This document shows positions 51,411-64,000 of a DNA stretch of 64,000 nt, piece after piece. The stretch is taken from assembly GCF_036321535.1 (NCBI RefSeq), contig NC_087437.1, positions 32,924,001 to 32,988,000 on the forward strand. Direction: 5' to 3'. The notes beneath the pieces were generated by a model that saw nothing but the letters and a program-made list of their open reading frames with translations, did not search any database and had not been told where the DNA came from. This DNA comes from Camelus dromedarius. Lineage: Eukaryota. Numbering within the stretch: position 1 is the first letter of the stretch; each line of letters opens with the position of its first letter. Position numbers and translations under genes: made by a program.

Positions 51411-52432
51411 CCTGTACAGTCTTAAAGAATTTATATTTCCAGAGCTACAAACCCTAATGAAAAGGGAACAATTTAGGCCAGAAAAGAACTAATGGTACCT
51501 CTTTCTTTTATTTGCATAGTATTTTCTGATTTCCAGTGAACTTTCACAAGTGTATGTTATTTAACTTACTCTTTTCAATTCTGCAAGGTAGGAAATATTA
51601 ATCCCATTTATAATTGAGAAATTAATGTTTAGTATGAACTCCAAAACAGAAGTTTTCCTAATGAACCATAGTTGCTTCTGTACAAGCTTCAATAACTGAC
51701 TCCAATTGTAGAGGATTCTTCGGTTGTTTGTTTAGTTAATGGAACAAAGTGAAAATACCACCCTAACGCTGGACTGCTCAGGGTTGAAATTTAATGCTTT
51801 TCAGTATTTTAACAACCATCAAATTGCCCAGTCTAACTTTTTTTTTAAAACTTCCAGAAATGTATAGAACTGTCCTTTAGCTACGTTACAGAGAAAATAG
51901 GCAATTTTCCCAAAGTAGTACTGATTCATTAATCTGAACACAGTTTCAATGCAATCACATTTTTTAAACTGGTTCATATTTTTGTCAACAAAATATTAGG
52001 TCTATGTATTGAGTGACAATCTATTTCCAAAATTAGACTTTATTTAGGAATCCTTCACTAGAATATGTGTAATATTTCTTGGCTTCCTTCCACCTTGTTG
52101 GTATGACTGAAGTAGGGAGAAACTTTCTGATTTGCTCTTAGTTTTTCATAGTCAATTTATATACCCCAGGAGTGGTAAAGCACTAAAGAAGAGCTCATAT
52201 TATAATCAGTGGTTTGGGCACAGCAGACATCAGAATTGATGTTGTTCATCTGAAGATAGAGCTGTCTGAAATCAAGCTGTACTGAAAAAACAGACCCAAA
52301 AAATTGTTTTTTATACATAGACAAACTATAGTTGTTGGAGTCAGTTAATCCTTAATAAAAGAAAGCTTATCTGAGTGGTTATCTGCATTTTAATTTTTCA
52401 TACAAAGATAAATTATTGCTATATTTTCCAGC

Positions 52433-52960
52433 CTCAATGCAAATTTAAACTACAGTGAGATGCCACTTTGCATGTACTAAGATGGCTATAATCAAAAAGA
52501 CGATAGCAAGTACTGTTGGTGATATGGAGAAACTGAAGAGAATGTAAAGCATTGCTTAGGAAAATGTAAAATAGTACAGACACTTTGGAAAACAGTTTGA
52601 TGGTTTCTTAAAAAGTTAAACATAAGTTTACTATATGACTCAGCACTTGCAGTCATGGAGATATTTAACCCAAGAGAAATGAAACATGTCTGTACAAAAA
52701 TCTGTACACAAATAGTCATAGCAGTATTATTCACAGTAGTGGAAAAGTGGAAACAATTCAAATATCCATCAGCTAAGTAAATGGGTAAACAAAATGTGGA
52801 AAATTTCATCTAACAGAATACTATTCAATAATAAAAAGGGAATGAACTACTGATACATGTTTCAACATAAAAAATATTATGCATGGTTAAAGAAGCTGGA
52901 CACAAGAGACTACAAATGAAATATGATTTCATTTAAATGAAAGGCAAGTGTCCAGAAATT
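52433..52960 (+). mobile_element. L1M (L1MB/MC-like) ORF2 end plus 3'UTR
   Basis: aatgcaaatttaaactacagtgagatgccac ... cactttggaaaacagtttg ... aatactattcaataataaaaagggaatgaactactgatacatg. Confidence 0.88.
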
Positions 52961-53054
52961 CATTCTGAGGATAGAAACAGAAAATGTTTGCTAACTTATC
53001 TTCAGTTGGACATCTTCCCATATTCTGAAGAAAAAAAAAAAAGGAAACTCTTTC

Positions 53055-53530
53055 TTTAGGGCCTTCACCTGTACTCTTCTCTACACCAGGAAAGCTCTTT
53101 GCCTGGCTAATGTAGGCCAGTACTTCAGGTATCAGCTTAAATGTTGTATCTTCAGAGGAACTATATCTTTACCTAACAATTTAATCACGTCTCCTTGTAA
53201 CACTACCTTTTTGTGCCCCTTACTGTCTTTTCATAGTATTTACCATAATTGTTAATCATTCATGTATCTCACAAGTATTTACTGAGCTACTTCCTACATG
53301 CCAGGCACTATTCTAGTCTGGGGCTACAGGAGAAAAGAGAACATGGAGCATATTCTAGTGGGGAGAGACAGATAATGAACAAATAAGCAAATATGTAATA
53401 CATGAAGAGATGAGTGGTTGGGAGAAGAGTAGAACATGATGAGAAAGAGGTTGGGGAAGGGATGTCATTATTTGTATGGTGTCTTCAGGGAAGTTCTATA
53501 AGATGACATTTGAACAGAGTTTTGAATGAA
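53055..53530. mobile_element. Adjacent L2 fragments (+ then -)
   Basis: cttcaggtatcagcttaaatgttgtatcttcagagg (+); tatttactgagctacttcctacatgccaggcactattctag ... gatgacatttgaacagag (-). Confidence 0.75.
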
Positions 53531-54639
53531 GAATATACACACCTTTCAAAGTTAATACTTTCTTGGTTTCCTCTTTTTCTTGATAAATCCCACTCCTGTA
53601 AATCAGTATTCCTAAATTTTGAATTGTTTGATGTTGTGTCTGATAATTCTTCAAGAGATATAGAAAATGCAGATAATTTAATCTCTTGCCAATTAACATT
53701 TGTGAATTTGTATTACATAGCATTGTATTACTCCAACCACTTTGCCAAATTAAAAAGTATTAGTATTTTCTCCAGAATGTCAGAATTATTTTACATTATT
53801 ACCAGATTCTATCCCACATCTATGAACTTTTATAAAAAACAAAACAGTGGTAATTTCTTTTGTAGAAATGGCAGAGAGTAAGAAAAGAGCCTATTTTATT
53901 AAAACTAAAAAAATTAAACTTTTAGACATAGTGAAATTGAAACTTTTTTTAAACATCATACAAAAACACAATCCTGACTACTCCTCTCACCCTCCTCCCA
54001 GATTCTTAAATTATCAGTCTGTTCCTTTTCATGTTCATCTTTTATGAACTCTATCAAGAGTTTTTTTTTTTTTTTTTGGTAAAGACATTCTTGTACATCC
54101 ACAGAGACAGAATATCACTTCTATAACCTCTCCCTCCCTTGTCCTTTTTCAGCAGTAGCTTAAACTATAATCAGATTGAAACCTGGGTAAATTTCTGAAG
54201 TAGATAAGAAAAGCTAGTTGGTAGAAATGATTGTGAAATCAGAAATCTGGTCTGTTTTGTCCTAAAAACTCCTTTATTTTCTCTTCATTTTTAATATAAA
54301 AAGTCCTCAGTAATGGTTTATTATTCAGGTGTTTTCTGAAACAAACACATCTAGGGAAAGAAGTAGAAAATGGAGAATGTTGTTCTTTTCATTATTTAAT
54401 ACATAGAAGATTGAGACTAAAGATAAGGGTGGAAAAGTTAAGCAGAAGAAACTTATTAACAAAAATATGACAAATTTATGGGAGATATCAGCAATCATAT
54501 GGCATTTTATCATTGTGGACTAATTTTTGTATGCCTCTTCATTTTTGGAATTTACTAATTATAATAGATTTTATAAATCCATTGGATTAATGAGATCTTA
54601 GAAACACAAATAATACAAGCACGTGCCTTCTGCACACAG

Positions 54640-54785
54640 TCATAAGAACATCCTTGGGAGCTTTTTAAGTACAGTGTGTGGATTCCCAGGCCTCACCCCA
54701 GATCAGAGGAATCAGGACAAGCTCACTGTTGTTATTTAGTCAGTCAGCACCAACCTATAGAGTCGCATGTGTGAACTACTGCTCT
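54640..54785. mobile_element. MER5-like hAT MITE
   Basis: cataagaacatccttgggagctttttaagtacag ... gattcccaggcctcacccca ... gaactactgctcta. Confidence 0.6.
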
Positions 54786-57036
54786 AAACCATTTATTTTG
54801 TAGCTAATGATAGGAAATGGTACATTACATTTTTTGGAAATGAGATTGGCTTTAATGCATCCAAGTTATTGTTGTCTCCTTCAATGGAGTCAGTTTTCAG
54901 GACATACAGTGGACCAAGCCTTGTGACCTTACAACATTGCCCAGTTTTGTTTTTGTTTTTGCCTTCCTGAAAAGTTTAACCAAGCTTGATACCCATTTAG
55001 CGCACCAGATATGACTTCAAATGTCTAACAGTACTGACAGAAAGATAATCCAACCTCCAGGGATTGAGTGACAACATTTAGATTATTCAAAAGATTGCAT
55101 GGTAAACCAGGAAAATCATATTGTGGGTGGGCAGTAGGCTATGAAAATCCAACTGTTAAAACAGTGATTTAATCATTGATGGAAAACAGTTACATGTTCA
55201 GGTTTGTTTTTTTAAAACCAGTCACATTAAGTCTCATCTCCCCAACCAACTTACCTACCTTGAATGCAGAAATGGTGCATCTCACACTTTTTTGCAATCT
55301 CAGTGCTTGTACAGTACTTTACTCAAAATAGTCACTCCTGTTATTTGATAATATTTTCCTGCTAATGATGTCTCTACACTGAACTAACAAGCCTTTTCCT
55401 GTTACATTTTGTGATGAACAGCACAAACTTGGTAGGGCAGTCATGTTTGTGATACTGCCAGTAGCTGTAAAATGACTTACTTAACTGATCCAACACACCC
55501 TTAACATTGGTCTTACTACTAACAGATTATGAGCTAGTAGGTAGGTATCAAATACTATTCTAGAAATCTTGATTACCCCCATTTTCGCTTCATTTTTGAA
55601 ATTACAAATCTCGCTTTCAAGCTTTCAATGTTTTTATTCAGAAGAATGTTTTCTCTAGCAAGAGTCAAGGGTTACTGTTTAGCAGCTTCAGGTTTATCTT
55701 TCACATGTATTTGCTCAGTGTTCACCTTTAGAACTGGGCAGAATTCCTATAGTATGCAAAACTACAGGGAAAGAAAGGAGTAGAAATCATACACTTAGGA
55801 AATGAGACTTTTTCTCCCTAAAAGTTAAAGTTCTCCATCTATTAATATACTTTAAAGAAATCTGTGTTAATTTAGAATTTTTGGAATGAGGTATTTTGAA
55901 TGGAGAGAAATATACCAAATTATTTTGGATTTCTTTCTAAAGAATAAAAAGCCCTAAAGTTGAGTTCAACCAACTGTACATTTCAAAATGTTTTATTCTT
56001 TCCCTAGACTTATTAATTTAGCCTTTAACTAGCCTAGTCACTTAATTAATCTAGAATATGATGTATTTTAAGTCAAAAAGATATTTTACAGAACTTCCTT
56101 TCATATACTGAAATGCCTGTTGAGATATTTGGAGAAAAAAAATTGTACATTGGATTTGAAAGTTCTCTGAATTAGAAATTTTTTTCATAATTTTTATATT
56201 ATAGTCTCTTGTAATTAGGCAAATCATAAACACCAGAGCCTGTTTACCAGTAACTGACATTTGGGCATAACTGCAGTGTGTTGAAACCATATTCAATTTG
56301 TGGAAGGTGACTAGCACAAAATCTATAAATTCATATGTGTTGTGGGTTTTTTTGGTTTTGGAAGAATATCAACTTAATTTCACTTAAGCAAAATAAAATT
56401 TTTGTGCACTTTTTAAAATTCTCAGATTATATTTAAAATCTGAGATTAATTACAGAGCCTTATTATGCCTTTAAACATGATTTACTTCATTATTATGAAG
56501 TGGTTGTCCAGGGGTGTTGTAATTGGCATAATCCAGGGCATGTCATCACAGCTATGTTAAAGTAGGAACTCTGAATCTCTGTGGAAGTGGACTTAGAGAC
56601 CTTGAAACTGCTCATTTGAATCTAATTCAACAGACTTACAATTTTCAAACAAAAATTAAGAATTCTCAGTTCTGAGCTCTGAGAAATGGCCTACAGAAAC
56701 AGGAAACTAAACTGCATGATTGGAAAAGTCTGTGAGTTTGGAATTCAAGTTGGCCAAGAGCATTGAAGGGTTTTTTGGGGTGATTTTGTTTTTGTTTTGC
56801 TTAACAATATCAGCTGCATTGAAGTTGCCAGTCCCTAAAAGAGATAGGGCAAAGCAGCCCACAGAGCTACTGTCGGGAAAGAAACACAGGAATCAAGCAA
56901 AAGTAATTTTTTTTAAAAAGCCTAATGGATATTATTTTAAATATTGAAAACTTCTTGGAAGTATGGACATGTCCTGTTTTTCTTTCTATACTCTTTTCCA
57001 TTTTATAATTTGATCAACTCCCTGATTTTTATCATT

Positions 57037-57037
<1 letters not shown>

Positions 57038-57079
<42 letters not shown>
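57038..57079. repeat. (TAA)14 microsatellite
   Basis: Perfect trinucleotide run; it produces the poly-Ile stretches in two spurious ORFs. Confidence 0.97.
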
Positions 57080-57081
<2 letters not shown>

Positions 57082-57084
57082 TTT

Positions 57085-57170
57085 ACTCTGCTAGAATGTG
57101 AGCTGCAGGAGAGCAGAGACCATGCTTGTGTGTTGCTTGCCTTAGGTGTGTCCAGCACCCAGCACAGTAC
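57085..57170 (+). mobile_element. L2 3' fragment
   Basis: ctagaatgtgagctgcaggagagcagagaccatg ... ccagcacccagcacagt. Confidence 0.75.
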
Positions 57171-59229
57171 AATTAGTGTAATAATTAAAAATAATGACCC
57201 TCCAAGGAATTTCAAAAACTCAAAGAGTAGAGAGTTCATTTTAAAAATGTGACATTGGATCTTATCAGTCTGTAAGTTCAGCTAAATAAAATCCTTTAGT
57301 GTTTTTATTTCTTATTTATTTTCCAAATAAGCTTGTATTTGTTTTTGTCCTCAGTCTTATTAAAATTTATACATTCTTTTTCAATAGTGAATTAACAAAT
57401 TAGTATGATAAAATTCACACTTAGGAAGAGAAGGCTACAACTCAGTAGAAGAAAAAACAAATAGATCAACATAGTTGCAGAGGATCTTATCCAAAAAATA
57501 ATTATAACAAAATACTGAAAACTAAAATCAAAATGTATTTGCATTTCTGCATATTTTCATGTGGTTAGTAAGTCTAATAATCTTTGTTTTTACTGTGTAA
57601 CATAAATCATAATCCAGCAAATATTATTCTTTAATTCAGTTTTCTATGTAACTTTTAATCAAATCCATGATGTTTTAAAGAAGTTGAGTTTTCAACTTCT
57701 AGTTTTCCATTTAATTATTCTTCTCTCATGCACCATTAAGAAAAAGTAGTAGTTCTTCTAAAACAGCTCTTGGATTTTTGAACAGATGGAATTTTATCTC
57801 AGATCAAAACAAAGCTTCTGTTTCAGTGTGGTCTGCCTAAAGGCAGGAGAATGGACAAGATGACTTCTTAAAGTCCCCTCCATATCCCTGTATTGTTTGT
57901 AAATTTCACTGCTTTTTAGTGAGCAAAAATAGATGGAACTTATAGTGCCTATAAAAGAACATAGAAATTACCTACTTTTCTTATCAACTGTCATACTTTG
58001 TTATTTTCATCTTATTATTATTGAAAAGTTAGGCCTTAGGAATATAATAGACAAATATGATACTTTAAACAGTTATTGTTTCTCAACCCTTTGGAAAAAA
58101 GTTCTTATTTCTCCACTTTACAGTTATACTGTCTCTACATTATTTTTATTGTAATTGTATTGCCAAATCAGGTGTGAGATTAGATGTTGGATGTTACATG
58201 TAATCTGCACAGAAATCAAATTATTTAACCTCTAAGCCCACAATGCCCCCTCCTGCTGGTTTGCTGTTAAATATTCAGTATTTTCTTGTCATGAATACAA
58301 ATGGAGGACAAATTAGAATCTACAGACAGCTGACCTGAGCTTCAGATTAGAGACTGGGGGGCTTGTGCTGTTTTAAATGTTTTAATTATCATAGTCCCAG
58401 TAGCCAGTTGAAGGACACACATAAAATCATTTTTTAACAAAAGAAAAAGGGAAAGAAAAAGCTTCATCTTCCTTTTTCTTCTTAATATGAATGTTTGGGT
58501 GCGATTACATTTGCACTTCCATTGGAACTTTGCTAATTTGCTGTATTAAATTAGGTCTATTAGTTGTAATAATTTTTTAACCACTAAACATGTATAGTAA
58601 TATTTTCAGCTGGTATGTGTTTTCCTTGTAGGAAAGATGATGTGTATTCCTCATTTTGTTTCTAACAATACATCTCTGTTTATTTGTAAAGCCTAATTTT
58701 AGACAATAAGTCTGGTAGTTCATATTTAATGTGGTAAAAATATATAGGAATAATGGACTAATTTAGTAGATGTGATAACATGTATTTGTGTCAGCAGAGC
58801 ATAGAGAACCCAAGTAAAATAAGCCAGAAAGATCATTCTTGGAATTTAAAATATTTAATATTTCATGGTTTGAGATTTATTTTTAAGTGTTGCTGCTTAA
58901 TTGAAAATGTTTACAATTTAGAATTGAAAAGTTATGAATGAAGTAAGTAGAATGTTGTATTGGCTGATGAAATAAAATGTTTATGGGCATTTACAAAGGA
59001 AAGAAATATACTTTTAAGCTTTAAAAAGACAGAAATGTAAGTAATCTTTTTAATTTTAAAAGTAACTTTATATTAATATTTATTCTCAGGAATGTATTAT
59101 TTTGATACCTACAGTCTTGAATTTGCATTTTTTGTTTCTTGTATATGTTTGTGTGATGTTGATTTGATTAGTTATGGCTGACTAGTAAACAGTGAAGCAT
59201 TTTATATACTCTTGGGAAATAAATTTGGC

Positions 59230-59700
59230 AGAAAATCAGCATGAGTAGATTTAATTATCACTCTGAGACCTTTTCCTTTTCTAGCTTAGTGATCCTGAAA
59301 CTCCATGTGTCTCACTGAAATCTGTGTGGACGCTAAGCTTCGCTTCCCAATTTGTTCCTCCATGCAATGATAAGCCAAGCAATTACTGGTTTATTGATTT
59401 TTCATCATGGTAAATTTAAAGTTGATTTTTTCCTGAAAAGGCAGGGGTGATTAAGTGTTTCCCCTCGGTTTAGTACAAGAGAGCTATGTGGCAGAATCTA
59501 ATATCCTGAGGTCAACCTCTGCAGGCAGATAATACGGTGTCTTGGCCACGTGTTAAAGAGAGAAATCAGGGCTACAAATGTGATAGGATATATGTGGAGA
59601 CAGTTTAATTTGCTCCATTTATATGAACAAGTCATGTGGCACATGCTTGGAAAACATCATTTTGAATGGGCTTAGAAGTGAGGCCCACGTGGGCAGAAAG
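59230..59700. promoter_or_regulatory. Putative enhancer with an E-box cluster
   Basis: Repeat-free, with CACGTG at 59547 and 59686, an inverted CATGTG/CACATG pair at 59633-59645, and at least six CpGs. Confidence 0.4.
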
Positions 59701-61744
59701 AATGAGTGAGTACAAAAAAGAAAGATGTTATTGGTTATTAGGGGAATTTCACTATCATTTTTAAATGAAAGTAAGTAAGCCATTGGTATAATATAAAATG
59801 TTCAAAATAGACAGTGAAATCCACATATACCGCTATGAAGATTTGCTGGTGTGTAAAATGTAAAAATAAATAGCCTGTCATGTAAGAGAGTCATGATTAA
59901 GCTATGCATACTAGTTTCAAAAATATATAGTAATTCTAATCTCTTCAGGCAGTTCTCTAGCAGCAGTATATTTTTGTGCTTTTCAAGGGTAGAAATTTTT
60001 TAATCAAAAACTCAGTGCTTTATTCCAAAATAATTTATAATTTTTTAATATTTAGAAAAATATTATTTCATAGAAGCTATTAATTACTAGTTATAAATAG
60101 GAGTAAATAAATAGATAGACATTATTGTGGGAAGCTTTAAATCTGAGAATGGTAAGAAAGCTCTCCAATAGCTGGATTGAATATTTACTATAATTTTTAT
60201 ATAAAATGGAAGTGTTCTAGTTTTAGCTTTTCCAGTTATAGCAAGGAGATAAATTTCCTAGAATATAAACTAGAAGATGCATTTCTCTATGTGGTAGTTT
60301 TTCTTAATCTAGTATTTGAAAGCTAAATATTTTACCAAAATGTTGAACAAATTTAACCTGGTCATAAATCTACAGAGCCCATTTTTCAACTGGTTTTTAT
60401 TATTTTGCAGTATGATTCCTCAGTGTTTACTCATTATCAATCCACACTATTATAGATATACTTTATCAATATGATTCAGAAAGATTCTAATTGTTTTCCC
60501 CGATAACCGAAGAATGAAATTTGTGGCTGTTTCATGTATCTTGTTTACTAAAAAGTCCACTCGGTTATGTCGTCAGTCATTACCTGAAGTTAACTGTAGA
60601 TTGTACCTTTGGCAAATAAGTGAAATAATTCCTCAATTTAATATCCAACTTTTCTAAAAAATGAACATTTAAATCCATTTGAAAACAGTGGTGCTAAAGG
60701 CAAATATTTTATTATGTACATTAAGCCAAGCTCAGTTCTGATTCTAATGTGTCTTTTAAAATCTTCCGCAAAGGGTTTAATATAAATATATTAAGATCAT
60801 TAATAGCATCTGATCTCTCACTAAGCACCAAAGCAACATACAACACCAGAGCTCTGCTTCTGATCATGTCTTTTCCTGTGGATTAAAATCCATGTGGCTA
60901 GAAAGGGAGTGCACCTTCCATTACAGGAACCCCTTTTCCACCTACTTCCCCAGTGTATGTGCTCCGAAATGTTGTGTTTTATTTTTGCTCACATCTGACA
61001 GTCACTATCTGGCTACTTTTTGAAATTGGTGAATCTACTACCTCAAAGTTACATTTAGAAAGATTTGTGAATTATTTTTAGCCATGTGGTATATTTACAT
61101 GAGCTGATCATTTTCCAATACAGGTTGACTCTTAAAAGGTAGAGGGGCATTATTTTCACTGACCTGAAGTTTTTATTTAAAGACAATTTTCTCTAAAACA
61201 ATAAAAATTACAGGAAAAAATTCTAACTTCAATTAAAAAGAATTGTCTACCTGTGTTGATGTGAAGTCCACATGTATGTAAAATATTCATACACTACTTA
61301 AAAGAACTTAGGACATGATCTTAAAAGCTTATTTTTAAGCATCAAAGAAAAAATTAATTTTTATTTCATCAAATATGCTTAGTTGACTATTTGTCAGCCA
61401 TACCAATTGTTCTTTCTCCAGATTTTAAGCAGTACTATACCACATTCTCATCCCTTCCCCAGAACTATTACAGATATTTTTGGACAAAGAAAATGGAAAT
61501 ATATTATTCTTTCTTTAAATGTCCTTCCCTCTGTTAGCCTTCAAGTAAATGTTAGTTGATTTTCTAATGACTAATTGGTAAATCACATCCTGATGCCCCT
61601 TTACCTGACTTATAGTGTTAACTTAGCTGCAGTGACCTCTTACAGTTAACAGCTTTTTGAAGGAAGAAGTCAGTATGGGAAATGGATCACTCTCTTGCTA
61701 TTACATTCATATCCTTCTGTTAGCAAAGCCCCAAATCTGTTTCA

Positions 61745-62250
61745 AGCACCATGTTAAATGCAAGGGCTCAAGAGATAAATAAGGAAAAGTTCTTGCTCTA
61801 AAAAAGTTTGCAGCCTATTAGGGAGGATATGTCATGTGCATAAATGAGTATAAAACAAAGTAGTAATAAGCTTCAGTAAAGAGATACAGGTAGACTGCCT
61901 GTGAGAAAGGGGGAGATTACTTGCAGCTGAGAGAATTGGGGAATGCCTTGAGGAAATTGCTTACATTTTTCAAATCTGTCAGTATGGAACAAGCCTGGAG
62001 TAAACATGTAGGTGGTGGGGGAGGTGACAGAACATTTTTTGAGTTTATACCAAGTGCTTTTACCAGTGCTAGTACCTAATTTCAGCCCCACAACGACCCT
62101 TTGAATTATGTATTTTCATTTTATAAATAAGGAAACATGACAATTTAAGTGACTCATTCAAGGTCATACAACTAGTAAGTAGTAACTAGGTGGAATTTGA
62201 AAATTCATATCCTAACTTTATATTCAGAGCCCTTTTTACTATGTTACAGC
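61745..62250 (-). mobile_element. L2 and MIR fragments
   Basis: caagcaccatgttaaatgcaagggctcaagagataaataag (L2); ttttataaataaggaaac ... ttaagtgactcattcaaggtcatacaactagtaagt (MIR). Confidence 0.7.
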
Positions 62251-62308
62251 CAACTAGCCCACCCAGCAATTGGACCTTGATCTTGGCTTCCACAGCAACA
62301 TGCTGTAC

Positions 62309-62495
62309 CAGTGCTTCCCAAGCTTGGCATACATCAGAGTCACCTGAGGGTGGTTTTTAAATATTTAGATTCATAATACTTTATATTTTTCTGAATTTTG
62401 ACGGAGTCAATCCAAGAGCCAATGTATTTTCTTAAAGTTTCTCAGGTTCTTCTGATTTTTACCCAGCATTGCAGCACAGACATTGGAAACAACAG
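62309..62495. mobile_element. MER5-like hAT MITE
   Basis: cagtgcttcccaagcttggcatacatcagagtcacctgaggg ... ttggaaacaacag termini. Confidence 0.7.
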
Positions 62496-64000
62496 CTCTG
62501 TGCAGTTGTACTAACTAGTTACAATCATGATTCACCATGTATAAGAACGGGCATATAGTCATGTTTCATATTTAATCATATTCCTTTTTAACCAGTCACT
62601 GATTGTTTAAATATTCAATAGTATAATTTTGAAAGTGCCAAAATTTCCAATCAAATTTTGATTTTTTTTTAATTTCCAACAAAATTTGTGGAATGAGCAT
62701 GAGCATCAGTAATTTGGAAGAAAACCCAGAGACAATAGTGGAGCACCCTCTTAAGAAAGGCTGCCTCACAAGTGCTCCTGATGGCAGAGAACATTATTGT
62801 AAGCAAAAATATAGGCACCTACAACCCTAAGTTGAAAGAGTCAGAAAATTTATATTTAGAAATACCCCAGCCATTTTATTTCTCTGTCTTTGTCTTTTTA
62901 TGTATGTGCAAGAGCGATATGTAATTTTAAAAAGTCTGTTTTCAGTCTAAAAGAGCTCTTTTAATAAGTGCAGCTAAAAAATTCTGTTATAGGAAAGCAT
63001 AGTGCCATAGTTGGACAGCATTTTCTTTGTTCCTGATGTGTAAGAGAATTGTGTATTGCAATCAATGACATCTGAGATTTGATGAAATACGATATTAGTA
63101 CCTAATATTTTATCATTCAAATTCTCTATTGTGACCTGCCATAGTCAGCTCAGAGAAGCAGTTCTTTGTGATGATGACTGACAAAATGATGTTTCTCAGT
63201 CAGTGCTGGAAATGTTAGACATTAAAGAGGAGGTGCTTAAATGTGAGATATTAGAATATATTAAGATATTATTAGAAACTTTAATAATGCTAGCAAAGTA
63301 TCTGTTATAGAAATAAAATTCCCTGGTAACTTTAAAAATAAAATTAATTTTCTTTTTGACAGATGAAAGAGGCCATTCCCACATTAACCTCTACTGTTAA
63401 ATGAGTAGTTTTTCTAACTTCTTTAAGCCAGGAGATGCGTCTCTTTGTTTAACACTTCTTACAGTAAAAGTTAACATCCTACCTTTATCTAATTGCTATC
63501 AAAGACATTAGCCTATTTGGCTCTAGCATGATTCAATTGTATGAGGTCATGCTGCCTAGCTGTAATAACTTAAAGTGCTTCACTTGGTGATAAGAAAATA
63601 TATTAAAATGCTCTCTGGTTCACTAGTTATTGCCTAAGGTCATGCTTTATGGTCAGTCCATTTACTAAAGTTAGTTGTAATAGCACTGACCTGAACTCAC
63701 GTTTTTAAGTCTTTTGATACAAGAAACATATTAAGTTTTAAGAAATGATGTTTGTGTTTTAATCCACTTAAAGAAAAGTTGTTTATTTTCATTTTTACCA
63801 CTTATAGAAGAGCTGGAAATATATCTTGTTACCAAAGTATACTTAAGACCTTTAACCAAAAAAATGCTGCTATGTAAGTGAGAGACTTTGATTTAATTGC
63901 ATTTTTACTATGATTTGAAATCCTTCTGTATACTTTCATAAATAACCAAATGAGAGCAGGTCCCTCCAAGTCCACCCTTTGTGTCCCTCATGAGCATGTG

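Larger units (their letters stand above)
34321..64000 (+). other. RSRC1: 5' part of a large RSRC1 intron downstream of the exon
   Basis: It starts with gtaaag. The next expected peptide (DQATLVEQVKRV...) was not seen in the window. Confidence 0.8.

Noticed and set aside
53510..53881. Longest ORF in the track (123 aa)
   Set aside because: It has a non-ATG start, AT-biased composition and no recognisable domain, and it begins within an L2 remnant.
56420..56445. 9-bp inverted repeat tctcagatt/aatctgaga
   Set aside because: It is short and AT-rich, within chance expectation for 64 kb.
56944..57252. ORFs on both strands with poly-Ile runs resembling transmembrane segments
   Set aside because: They are produced by the (TAA)14 microsatellite and an adjacent L2 fragment.
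1..64000. CRISPR arrays, operons, prophage or other prokaryotic-type systems
   Set aside because: There are no regularly spaced repeats and no long ORFs. Composition and repeat content are those of a mammalian intron.

Overview
This is AT-rich, CpG-depleted mammalian genomic DNA, not prokaryotic. Three tRNA-derived SINEs resembling vic-1 and artiodactyl-type L1 3' ends point to a camelid (alpaca, llama or camel). The window appears to lie inside RSRC1 (SRrp53) on the + strand. The only supportable coding sequence is one 69-nt internal exon at 34252-34320, encoding (A)KADEALKAKERYEEEAKRRKEE(D), flanked by two very large introns. The rest is old interspersed repeats (L1, L2, MIR, MaLR/ERVL LTRs, hAT/Tigger MITEs), microsatellites and several repeat-free blocks that look like conserved non-coding elements; in human, RSRC1 neighbours SHOX2 and its introns carry such elements. 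None of the supplied ORFs is a real gene; a few are L1 ORF1/ORF2 relics. I cannot support a wholly new biological system here. The best leads are a candidate NMD 'poison' exon in a putative conserved element (14963-15032), two TSD-flanked poly(A)-only retro-insertions, a strong CTCF motif and a palindromic E-box cluster. Repeat family names and boundaries were assigned by eye from remembered consensus sequences and are approximate.
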